A program made the translations under genes and the position numbers. Source: a virus (lineage: Duplodnaviria > Caudoviricetes). From it: a DNA stretch of 37,940 nucleotides. Every line of letters starts with the position of its first letter. The stretch's first letter is position 1. The notes beneath the pieces are model-generated. The model was given only the letters and a program-made list of their open reading frames with translations, made no database searches and was not told the origin of the DNA. Location of the stretch: positions 1-37,940 of the IMG/VR virus record IMGVR_UViG_3300020202_000165. One strand, 5' to 3'. Below, piece by piece: positions 17,161-25,141 of the stretch.

Positions 17161-18588
17161 ATGGCTAACGGACTGCTCGACAACTACCTGCTCCCGCCTG
17201 AAGTCCAGCGTGATGCAAACATCCGGGGGATTCTCGGGACGCTCATCGGGATCGGGCAGGCCTCGGGACCGTCTCCGGTTCCTGTAGGGCCGGGCACCAT
17301 CGCATCGTCCGGCGCCGCTGCTGGCCTGAAGGCGATGGATGACTACGAACAGGGGCAGTTCAAGAAGGCGTACATCGGCGCGCAGGTCAGCAAGCTGAAA
17401 GAGGCGACGGAGCAGAAGCAGCGGGTCTTGCAGTATGCGCAGTCGCTTCCGCCGGGCGAAGAGCGCGATCGGCTCATGCTCGAAATCCAGGGCATCAACT
17501 CCAATCGCATCAAGGGTGACCGGCCTTGGTATGCGATCAGCCCGGAGAACGCGCAGACGGCGGCCCAATTCGAGGGGCTGAAGTCCTACTTCGGTGGCAT
17601 GGGCGGGATCGTGCCGGAGACGATCAAGAGTAGTCTTCAGACTAGGATCGTCCCGGGCGCCGACGGTCGCATTCAGGGATTCGGACCGAACTACCAGGGT
17701 GGCGCTGGAGCCATCATGGAAGGGCTTGGCTTGCCCGGCCTTCTCAGCGGTGGTCTTCCGTCGCCGTCCGGCAGCGCCATGCGCCCGCCGCCGGTCAACA
17801 TCCCGCAGCAGCCGTCGCCGTTGGCAATGGCCGATACGGCAGGTCCCGCGAATGCCTCTGCCGGCGTGCAGATGGCGCAGGCGCAAGGCGGCTTCCGCCC
17901 GGGCGGGACGCAGCTTGCCCCGCCGACGGTTTCGCCGGGAATGTTGTTCCAGCAGCAGAAGGCGGGAGAAACAGAGCGCGCCAAGGTCATCGGCGGAGAG
18001 AAGGGCGAGGCCAGTTTCTACACGCGCGCGGTCGGTGAGTTCCAGAAGGCAGGCGAATTGCGCAACGCGTTGATCCAGATGGAAACGGCGGTCGCGCAGG
18101 GGCTCCAGACGGGCGCTGGGGCGGATGTGCTGTCTGGCCTCGCCAACGTCGCCGTGCGGCTCGGGGCGGACGAAAAGAAGATTGCCGAATTGACGAAGGT
18201 CGCGCCGGGCGACGCGCGAGCTTTCGAGTCCGCCGCCAAGGGGCTGGTGTTCGCCGCGCTCGGGGGGTTGGGCGCGCAAATCTCCAACACCGACCGCGAC
18301 TTCATCGAGGCGATCTTCCCGCGCCTCAAGGACAGCCCTGAGGCGGTCAAGCAGATGATGGGTTGGCTGCATGCCAAGGCTGATTACGCAGAGCGCAAGT
18401 TCGAGGGCATGCAGGAGTGGGTTGACCAGGGTAAGAGCCCGGCGACCTTCGAACTGAAGTGGCGCAAGGACAATCCTCCGCCGCTGCCACCCGGAATCTC
18501 CGCACCAAGGGGCAAGGAGGAGTACGACACCCTTCCATCCGGCTCCCTGTTCCTTGACCCGAACAAGCGGATTCGCGTGAAGCCGTGA
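17161..18588 (+). CDS. DNA ejection / internal virion protein 3
   Basis: MANGLL start, GAQISNTDRDF motif, C-terminal EEYDTLPSGSLFLDPNKRIRVKP. Confidence 0.65.
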   Translation: MANGLLDNYLLPPEVQRDANIRGILGTLIGIGQASGPSPVPVGPGTIASSGAAAGLKAMDDYEQGQFKKAYIGAQVSKLKEATEQKQRVLQYAQSLPPGEERDRLMLEIQGINSNRIKGDRPWYAISPENAQTAAQFEGLKSYFGGMGGIVPETIKSSLQTRIVPGADGRIQGFGPNYQGGAGAIMEGLGLPGLLSGGLPSPSGSAMRPPPVNIPQQPSPLAMADTAGPANASAGVQMAQAQGGFRPGGTQLAPPTVSPGMLFQQQKAGETERAKVIGGEKGEASFYTRAVGEFQKAGELRNALIQMETAVAQGLQTGAGADVLSGLANVAVRLGADEKKIAELTKVAPGDARAFESAAKGLVFAALGGLGAQISNTDRDFIEAIFPRLKDSPEAVKQMMGWLHAKADYAERKFEGMQEWVDQGKSPATFELKWRKDNPPPLPPGISAPRGKEEYDTLPSGSLFLDPNKRIRVKP

Positions 18589-20510
18589 GCAACTGGTGGG
18601 AAGCAGCCCCCCTTGCCGGCGATGCGGCCAAGCGCGCGATGCCGCCACCGAAGGCGACATCTGGTGAGTGGTGGGAAGCCGCGCCGCTGGCTGCTGATGC
18701 CGCGAAAGCAAAGGCCGATCCTCCTGTTGACCCTCTCGGCGGCGATGTCCTGAAGCCAATGATGGCGCCACCGGGCCGTGCCGAGCGTGCGGGGGCGGCG
18801 GTGGGGGATGTGCTTAACCGCATCCTTCCCGACAATCCGACCGCGCGCGACGTGATTCAGTCAGCGGCGTCAAGCGTGCCCAAGGGCATTGCCGGGTTGG
18901 CGGGCCTGCCCGTTGATGCGCTGAACATGATGCGCTCTGGCGCTGGTTGGCTTGCGGGGCAGCCGGTCGGGCTTGGCTTCCGTGGCATGTACATCGATCC
19001 GCCAGCCGCTCCGTTGCCGGGCGGGAAAGCAGACTTCGAGGCGCCCATGCGCGACCTCGGCATGCTGCACGACCCGCAAACCACGGCGGGAAAGTTCGCC
19101 GACACCATGGGCCAGTTTGCGACGCAGGGCGGGTTGCTGGGCGGGGCTCGGGCTTTCTTCATGGGGCTTGGCGGCGGGGCTGGCTCTGAGGTCGGCGGGC
19201 AGTTGGCCGAGGGTACGCCGGCAGAGCCGTGGGCGCGCCTCTCTGGCGGCCTGCTGGGCACCGGCCTGACGGGTGTGGCCCTTCCATCGTCCAACCCTGG
19301 CTTGATGCTCAGGGAGCGTCTGGCTGGCACCACGGCGGATGATTTCGCCACTGCCCGAGCGCGCATGGCCGAGGGACAGGCAAGAGGTGTCCCACTATCC
19401 CCGGCCGAAGCGATTGACGCCCGCCCGGTGCAGGGACTTGCGGCCGACACCCTCGCGTCGCCGACTGGCGGACCACAGATGGGCCGGTTCTTCGATCAGC
19501 GCGCGGCGACCCTGCCGAACACCATCCGCAATGAGATCGCGCCCGATCTGGCAAGCGCACCCGGCTACATGCGCGCGGCAGGCACTCGGAACGCGGGGCA
19601 GGCGTTGACGCAGGAAGCGCAGCGGGCCGGGTACACCGCGGCAAACCCGCAGAGCATCGACCCGCAGGCGCTCCGCCCGGTCATCCAGCGGCTCGACAAC
19701 GCCATCATGACTTCGCCTGCGGACGTTCGCCGGCAGCTGATGGCGCTACGCAATGACATCATCGAAAACGGCGTCCCGATTACGAACATCAACCGGCTCG
19801 ATACCGTGCGGCAGACCTTCGCCGAGCGCATCAACAACATGGCCGAGGGCGTGCCGCAGAACGCCATCAGGCGGGCGATGCAGCCGATCCTTGATGACGT
19901 GAACGCGGCGCTCCAAACGAATCCGCAATTCGCCGCAGGGCAGGCCGCCTACCGGCAAGGCGCGCCAGCCTCACAGCTGCTACGGCAGGCTGATGATGTC
20001 CTGGAGACCGCCGCCAAGCCGACGCAGGCTGGGCCGACCCGCATGGCCGGCGTCAACTTCCGGAACCAGATGCTTGGTGGGCCGGGAAGCCAGCAGGCTC
20101 AAGAAACCGAGGCGCTGATCCGCGAGGCGGCCACGCGCGCAGGCGCCAATCCCGATCAGGCTTGGCAGGGCGCTCAGCGTGTGTTCGACGTTCTGGAGCG
20201 CACAGGCCGCATTCCTGGTGTCGGGTCGCAGACCGGCGGGCGTTTGCGGGCCGGCCAGGAGGCTGCGAATACCGGGGCAATCGGCCAACTAGCTCAGACG
20301 GAAATAACCGCCCCGCTTCGCTTTGTGGATCGCATCATGGCGAACACCGTCTATCGGAACGCCTACCGCCAGCTCGGGAACCTGTTCACAAATCCGTCGC
20401 CCGAAGCCATCGACATCATGCAGCGCATGGCCCGGATGTCTGATCAATCCGCAGCACTGCTCCTGCCATCGCTTCTGGCTACCGCTCGCGATGCAGGCAG
20501 TACCCCATGA
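18585..20510 (+). CDS. DNA ejection / internal virion protein 4 (large)
   Basis: 641 aa, Ala/Gly-rich helical; duplicated WWEAAPLAxDAAK motif at N-terminus; GTGA coupling. Confidence 0.65.
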   Translation: MSNWWEAAPLAGDAAKRAMPPPKATSGEWWEAAPLAADAAKAKADPPVDPLGGDVLKPMMAPPGRAERAGAAVGDVLNRILPDNPTARDVIQSAASSVPKGIAGLAGLPVDALNMMRSGAGWLAGQPVGLGFRGMYIDPPAAPLPGGKADFEAPMRDLGMLHDPQTTAGKFADTMGQFATQGGLLGGARAFFMGLGGGAGSEVGGQLAEGTPAEPWARLSGGLLGTGLTGVALPSSNPGLMLRERLAGTTADDFATARARMAEGQARGVPLSPAEAIDARPVQGLAADTLASPTGGPQMGRFFDQRAATLPNTIRNEIAPDLASAPGYMRAAGTRNAGQALTQEAQRAGYTAANPQSIDPQALRPVIQRLDNAIMTSPADVRRQLMALRNDIIENGVPITNINRLDTVRQTFAERINNMAEGVPQNAIRRAMQPILDDVNAALQTNPQFAAGQAAYRQGAPASQLLRQADDVLETAAKPTQAGPTRMAGVNFRNQMLGGPGSQQAQETEALIREAATRAGANPDQAWQGAQRVFDVLERTGRIPGVGSQTGGRLRAGQEAANTGAIGQLAQTEITAPLRFVDRIMANTVYRNAYRQLGNLFTNPSPEAIDIMQRMARMSDQSAALLLPSLLATARDAGSTP

Positions 20511-20664
20511 AGGCGGGCGAGCCCTTGGGCAGATTCGCGTGGTCGCGGTCCATGGCGTCGCGCGTAGAGATGCAGCTTTGTATGTCGCGCATCTCAACCT
20601 GCTGCACGACCGGCGGATGCCCTGCGACGACCCAAACGGCCAGCAACACCGCCTTGCCCATCAT
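20479..20664 (-). CDS. Small antisense secreted/membrane protein (about 61 aa), moron-like
   Basis: C-terminal part of ORF 20479..21153: MMGKAVLLAVWVVAG hydrophobic N-terminus, two Cys; upstream TTGCTT-N15-TAGGGT with TGn extension. Confidence 0.45.
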   Translation of the reverse strand: MMGKAVLLAVWVVAGHPPVVQQVEMRDIQSCISTRDAMDRDHANLPKGSPAFMGYCLHRER

Positions 20665-20724
20665 CCCCATCCCATTTCCGCACACCAACCCTAGCACATT
20701 TTCTACTGAAGCAAGGGGCATGCC

Positions 20725-21639
20725 ATGACTGATGTGAGCGCCTGGAGTCCGACAGACGCCAGCAACAACACGGCGGCCCCAGCCGGCTTTCCGGAAGGCA
20801 TGGCCCCTTCCGGCGTCAACGACTCCGCCCGCGCAGTGATGGGCGGCGCGGCGCGGTGGTTTGAGCTTATCAACGGCAAGCTTACCACTAGCGGCACGAA
20901 CACCATCACGGTCAGCGCGACGGTAGCTCCGTCCGCTTACGTCACCGGCATGCGTTACATGTTCAAGGCCGGCGGGACGAACACGGGTGCGGCAACCATC
21001 AACCTCAGCTCGCTTGGCGCGAAGGACATCAAGCGCCTCAACGGCACAGCCCTGATTGGCGGCGAAATCGTCAATGGCCAGTATTTCGAACTGGTCTACG
21101 ACGGCACAAACATGCTCCTCCTGACGCCGGGCGATCGGGCATTGGTGGCGCAAACCACGGCGAGTGCCGCAAGCGATGTCACGTTCACCAGCCTCCCGAC
21201 CTACTTCAACAAGTTCCGGCTGATGATCTTCGACGGCCAGGTCGGCACCGACAACGTGGCGATCTACGCCCGCCTCTCCGAGTCCGGCACCTTCAAGAGC
21301 GGCGCGAGCGATTACCAGTACGCCGACATTGCCTTGGTGCGCGGCTCGACGGTGACCAACGTGGATGCCGTGGCGGGGCAGATCGTGCTCGCCAACAGCA
21401 TCGGCAACGCAACTGGCGAGGGATTCGACGCAGAGCTTGTGTTGAGCCGGCCGTCTTCCAGCACGGTTTGCCAGTTTCTGAAGGGTGAGCTTGGGGCGAT
21501 CAACAACGCCAACACCATCGAGAACTGGCAGATCTGCGGCAACCGGACGCAGGGGTCTGTCGTGGCGCAGGACGGCCTACGCATCCTGCCGTCGAGCGGC
21601 ACGATCACGGGCAAATTCCAACTCTGGGGAGAAATCTGA
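20725..21639 (+). CDS. Tail fibre/spike protein (putative)
   Basis: N-terminal SAWSPTDASN...PEGMAPSGVNDSARAVM anchor, TNTGAATINL..LGAKDIK domain, beta-rich C-terminus; follows ejection genes. Confidence 0.7.
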   Translation: MTDVSAWSPTDASNNTAAPAGFPEGMAPSGVNDSARAVMGGAARWFELINGKLTTSGTNTITVSATVAPSAYVTGMRYMFKAGGTNTGAATINLSSLGAKDIKRLNGTALIGGEIVNGQYFELVYDGTNMLLLTPGDRALVAQTTASAASDVTFTSLPTYFNKFRLMIFDGQVGTDNVAIYARLSESGTFKSGASDYQYADIALVRGSTVTNVDAVAGQIVLANSIGNATGEGFDAELVLSRPSSSTVCQFLKGELGAINNANTIENWQICGNRTQGSVVAQDGLRILPSSGTITGKFQLWGEI

Positions 21640-21818
21640 TGTCACGCCATCGCGTCGTCGTGAACTGCCAGACCGGGCGAGCGGAGCAGGTTGCCTTCAC
21701 GCCTGAGGAAGAGGCTGCGCAGGACGCCATTGATGCGGCCGACGCCCTGAAGTGCGCAGAGGTGGCCGAGCTGCGACAGGAGGGAAGGATCGCAGAGGCT
21801 TTGAAGCTGAAGCGTTGA
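21639..21818 (+). CDS. Small tail-fibre-associated/chaperone-like protein (59 aa)
   Basis: Read manually: MSRHRVVVNCQTGRAEQVAFTPEEEAAQ...; TGATG coupling to fibre gene. Confidence 0.6.
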   Translation: MSRHRVVVNCQTGRAEQVAFTPEEEAAQDAIDAADALKCAEVAELRQEGRIAEALKLKR

Positions 21819-21890
21819 GTGCAACCCGCGGAGTTGGCGAGATGGCCGGTAACGACATAGAGCGCGCCATCGGGCGGCTGGAGGGGGCCA

Positions 21891-22109
21891 ATGTCTGACG
21901 GGCTGAAAGATCAGCTGGTCAAGACGGCGGCTGACGCGAGCCTTGCCGTCCCCGCTCTGACTTCCCCGTTCTGGTGGTCGCTGTTTGACGGTGTGACGCA
22001 CGTGCTCCTGGTCCTCGGGGGCCTGGTGCTTCTCTACCTGCGCATTCGCACCGCATTGGATGAGCGCAAGAGCCGGCGCGGGTATCGACGGAGGGCGAGC
22101 GATCTATGA
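21891..22109 (+). CDS. Holin-like membrane protein (72 aa)
   Basis: SD GGAGGGGG; TM segment HVLLVLGGLVLLYL; basic C-terminus; start of lysis region. Confidence 0.55.
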   Translation: MSDGLKDQLVKTAADASLAVPALTSPFWWSLFDGVTHVLLVLGGLVLLYLRIRTALDERKSRRGYRRRASDL

Positions 22110-22231
22110 ACGAGCACGACCTGCCCGACTGGTTCATGGCGATTGTCGAGTGGGTGGTCAATCACCCTTGGCTCACGCTCGGGATCTTCGTCGGCTCTGC
22201 GGCCGTGTCTGTCGCGCTGGTGATCCGATGA
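22106..22231 (+). CDS. Small membrane protein (41 aa)
   Basis: Read manually: MNEHDLPDWFMAIVEWVVNHPWLTLGIFVGSAAVSVALVIR; ATGA coupling at both ends; SD GGAGG. Confidence 0.55.
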   Translation: MNEHDLPDWFMAIVEWVVNHPWLTLGIFVGSAAVSVALVIR

Positions 22232-22317
22232 CGCCGGCCGACTTCCTGATCCTGACCATGGTCGGCTGCCTGCTCGCCATGATGCTGGTTTCGGGCGCGC
22301 TGCTGATGGTGCCCTAG
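22228..22317 (+). CDS. Small membrane peptide (29 aa)
   Basis: MTPADFLILTMVGCLLAMMLVSGALLMVP; ATGA start overlap and TAGTG overlap with next gene. Confidence 0.5.
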   Translation: MTPADFLILTMVGCLLAMMLVSGALLMVP

Positions 22318-23360
22318 TGGCCACCCCCCAGCTCCCCGACGCCGTACTCGCCGAGACCATGGCAGCCCTGGAGCGGCACGGCGGCAACATCAAGCACGCA
22401 GCCGATAGCTTGGGATTGGCCTGGAGCACCTTCAACAACCGGGTGCGGATGGCAACCCTGAGGGGGGTTACGTCATCCAAGCCGTTTGAGCGGGACGAGC
22501 TGCCGAGCGAAATCGCCCCGGCCTCCGAAATCATCGCGCGGCGTAAGAAGGAATACGCTCGCCGGCATGAAGCGGCCGAAGCCCGCCGGCTGATCAACGT
22601 CCGGATCAAGATCGACGGGCCGATCGGCATTGTGCACGGGGGCGACCCGCACCTTGACGATCCCGGCTCCGATATCGAGCTGATCGAAGCCCACTGCAAG
22701 ATCATTCAGAAGACCGAAGGCCTGTTCGGCGCCAACGTTGGCGACCTGCACAACAACTGGGTCGGTCGCCTTGCGCACCTCCACTCGCAGCAGAGCACGT
22801 CGGCGCGAGAGGCCTGGGCGCTGGTCGAGTGGTACATCAAGGCCACCGACTGGCTCTACATCATCCGCGGCAACCACGATTGCTGGACGGGTGCGGGGGA
22901 CCCGCTCAACTGGATGACCCAGGGCGCCAACGGCGTACACGAGGACTGGGGCGCCAGGCTCAATCTCCAGTTCCCGAACAGCAAGGAAGTCCGGATCAAC
23001 GCCCGGCATGACTTTAGCGGCCATAGCATGTGGAACACCGCGCACGGCCCCGCCAAGGCCGTCCAGATGGGCTGGCGAGATCACATCCTGACCTGTGGCC
23101 ACCTGCATGTCTCCGGCTATCAGGTGCTCAAGTGCCCCTCCACCGGGCTGGTGTCGCATGCCATTCGCTGCGGCTCCTACAAGCGGCATGACCGCTACGC
23201 CCGGGAGAAGGGGCTGCCGGATCAGAACATCTTTCCGGCCGCGGTGACGATCATCGACCCGACGCGAGCGGATGACGACCCGAGGCTGGTGACGACGATC
23301 TTCGATGTCGAGCAAGGCGCGGAGTTCCTGCGATGGCTGCGGAAGAAATCGAAGTCGTAA
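22317..23360 (+). CDS. HTH + calcineurin-like metallophosphoesterase
   Basis: Fis-like HTH (GGNIKHAADSLGLAWSTFNNR); GDPH, VGDLHNN, RGNHD, RHDF, CGHLH phosphoesterase motifs. Confidence 0.85.
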   Translation: MATPQLPDAVLAETMAALERHGGNIKHAADSLGLAWSTFNNRVRMATLRGVTSSKPFERDELPSEIAPASEIIARRKKEYARRHEAAEARRLINVRIKIDGPIGIVHGGDPHLDDPGSDIELIEAHCKIIQKTEGLFGANVGDLHNNWVGRLAHLHSQQSTSAREAWALVEWYIKATDWLYIIRGNHDCWTGAGDPLNWMTQGANGVHEDWGARLNLQFPNSKEVRINARHDFSGHSMWNTAHGPAKAVQMGWRDHILTCGHLHVSGYQVLKCPSTGLVSHAIRCGSYKRHDRYAREKGLPDQNIFPAAVTIIDPTRADDDPRLVTTIFDVEQGAEFLRWLRKKSKS

Positions 23361-23629
23361 CCGAATACCCCGTTGCTCAGTCGATCGACGAGCAGCGCCG
23401 CGCCTTCGTGTTCGCCCAGCTGGCGGACGCGGAGATCGACGGCGAGGTGTTGGTCAAGAACATGGACATGATCGCGCGATGGATCGAGACGGGCGAAGTG
23501 CCGAAGAAGGGCCAGAGGGTGGTCAAGTTATCTACGTCCGCTGGCTCCCCCACGGCGAGCCCATCCCCGAGGGATGGAAGTACGTCGAGAGGCAGCCCAT
23601 CACCCGACACCATCGGTACGCAGTGCTGA
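23333..23629 (+). CDS. Hypothetical protein (real coding part probably ends near 23530)
   Basis: First ~65 aa look globular; last ~33 aa are low-complexity Ser/Pro read-through (see finding at 23515-23646). Confidence 0.55.
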   Translation: MAAEEIEVVTEYPVAQSIDEQRRAFVFAQLADAEIDGEVLVKNMDMIARWIETGEVPKKGQRVVKLSTSAGSPTASPSPRDGSTSRGSPSPDTIGTQC

Positions 23630-23642
23630 TCGAGAGGATGCG

Positions 23643-24158
23643 ATGAGCTGGGACAAGGCCATCACGCATGTTCTGGAGTGGGAGGGCGGGGCCGCCCACA
23701 GCCTTGATCCCGACGACCCCGGTAACTACACCGGCCAGGACAAGACCGGCGAGCTGCGCGGCACCAAGTACGGCATCTCCGCTCTGAGCTTTCCCCTTCT
23801 CGACATCAAGGGCCTGACGGAGGACCAAGCCAGGTCGATCTACCGCGACCGTTACTGGCGCGAGATACAGGGCGACAAGCTGCCCGAGCCGCTGGCGATC
23901 ATGCTGATGGATTCGGCGGTCAATTGCGGCATTTCCCGCTCGGTCAAGTGGCTCCAGAAGACGCTCAGGATACAGGCCGATGGCTCGCTTGGCCCGGTAA
24001 CGCTGGCGGCGGTGAAGACACAGACCGGCGTCTACCTCGCCAAGGAAGTGGCCGACCAGAGGGAGCGGCATTACCGGCTGCTGAAGACCTGGGGGAAGTA
24101 CGGCAAGGGCTGGATGAATCGACTGAACGCCTGCCGGAAGCTGGCGGGCATCCAGTGA
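23643..24158 (+). CDS. Endolysin, glycoside hydrolase family 108 with PG-binding domain
   Basis: WEGG catalytic motif, DPG, TKYGIS, IYRDRYW, DSAVNCG, ADGSLGPVTL, YGKGWMNRL; ATG at 23643 after GAGAGG. Confidence 0.92.
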   Translation: MSWDKAITHVLEWEGGAAHSLDPDDPGNYTGQDKTGELRGTKYGISALSFPLLDIKGLTEDQARSIYRDRYWREIQGDKLPEPLAIMLMDSAVNCGISRSVKWLQKTLRIQADGSLGPVTLAAVKTQTGVYLAKEVADQRERHYRLLKTWGKYGKGWMNRLNACRKLAGIQ

Positions 24159-24332
24159 CGACGGAAGGCTATGGAGGTGTTGAGGTGATGCGCTCCAGGC
24201 CGGGCTGGGCTCGCTCCCTTTCGGGCCACCAGCACGCGCACACCGCCATGGCGGAAGCTACGGCCGCGAGATTCACCGTGTTTCCAACCCGGAGCGCGGC
24301 CCGCAACTTAACACATGACCGAGGACTAACCA

Positions 24333-24719
24333 ATGCTCGCCGCGCTACTCCCCATCCTAACCCCCCTGCTGGGCAAGTTGCTGGAATCGGTCATCCCCGA
24401 TCCCCAGGCCCGGCAGAAAGAGCTAGATCGCATGCTCGGCGCGCTGGCGCAATCGGACCTCTCCCAGCTTGAGGTGAACAAGGCGGAGGCGACATCCGGC
24501 AACCTGTTCATCGCCGGCTGGCGCCCCTTCATCGGTTGGGTGTGCGGCACGGCGCTTGCCTACACCTACCTGTTCGCGCCGCTGGCCTATTACGTCGGCT
24601 TCCTGATCGGCAAGCCCATCCCGAAGCTGCCGACGCTCGACGGCAACCTCTACGAACTGATGCTCGGCATGCTGGGCATGGCGGGCCTTCGCACGTTCGA
24701 GAAGATCAAGACGAAGTAG
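24333..24719 (+). CDS. Holin of 3 TMs (GTA_holin_3TM-like)
   Basis: EVNKAEA, FIAGWRPFIGWVCG, LGMLGMAGLRTFEKIK; SD GAGG. Confidence 0.88.
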   Translation: MLAALLPILTPLLGKLLESVIPDPQARQKELDRMLGALAQSDLSQLEVNKAEATSGNLFIAGWRPFIGWVCGTALAYTYLFAPLAYYVGFLIGKPIPKLPTLDGNLYELMLGMLGMAGLRTFEKIKTK

Positions 24720-24722
24720 GCC

Positions 24723-24914
24723 CTACTTCTTCACCCTCTCGTAAAAGCCCCGCTTCCTCTCATCTGACAGCTCCTGCCTGAGCTGTTCGATGGTCTCTAC
24801 CAGCTGGTCGATCAGCTCGGCGAAGGCTACCCCTGTCGGCCCCGCCGTTCTCGATACCGCGGCCACCTTCCGGGCGCGGATCACAAGCTTGCGGATGTCG
24901 GCGGAGCGGGGCAT
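24723..24914 (-). CDS. Hypothetical protein (63 aa), convergent with holin
   Basis: Coiled-coil C-terminus; fits gap exactly. Confidence 0.5.
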   Translation of the reverse strand: MPRSADIRKLVIRARKVAAVSRTAGPTGVAFAELIDQLVETIEQLRQELSDERKRGFYERVKK

Positions 24915-25063
24915 GGTTGGGCATCATGGGCGATTCAATCCACGCTATCCACAGGGACGAGGGCTAGTCGGGCGTTGACAGTCCGAACCGGGGCTTAGAG
25001 TCGGCTTTTAAGTGCTTGGGCGCAGAAGGAAAGCAATAAAATTGCGGGCGCGCAATAATATTA

Positions 25064-25091
25064 CTGCCGCATAATGTATATGATGGTACGT
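25064..25091 (+). other. dif-like XerC/XerD recombination site (candidate attP or resolution site)
   Basis: CTGCCGCATAA-TGTATA-TGATGGTACGT vs E. coli dif GGTGCGCATAA-TGTATA-TTATGTTAAAT: 20/28 identity including 14 contiguous nt; in AT-rich intergenic junction. Confidence 0.7.
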
Positions 25092-25141
25092 GACGGTGCA
25101 GTATACCACCAGTATTGTCTGAGCTGGTTAAAATCCACAGG

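Noticed and set aside
16720-18771. 683-aa - strand ORF (and similar long antisense ORFs at 4969-5892, 7774-8838, 22473-23315, and 32408-33550 on +)
   Set aside because: Shadow frames of well-supported genes in GC-rich DNA; no motifs
24155-24332. Spanin or other gene between endolysin and holin
   Set aside because: No convincing ORF with a lipobox or TM segment found by eye
24975-25001. Promoter with perfect TTGACA
   Set aside because: Best -10 (TAGAGT) is at a 15-nt spacer and there is no + strand gene downstream; unsupported
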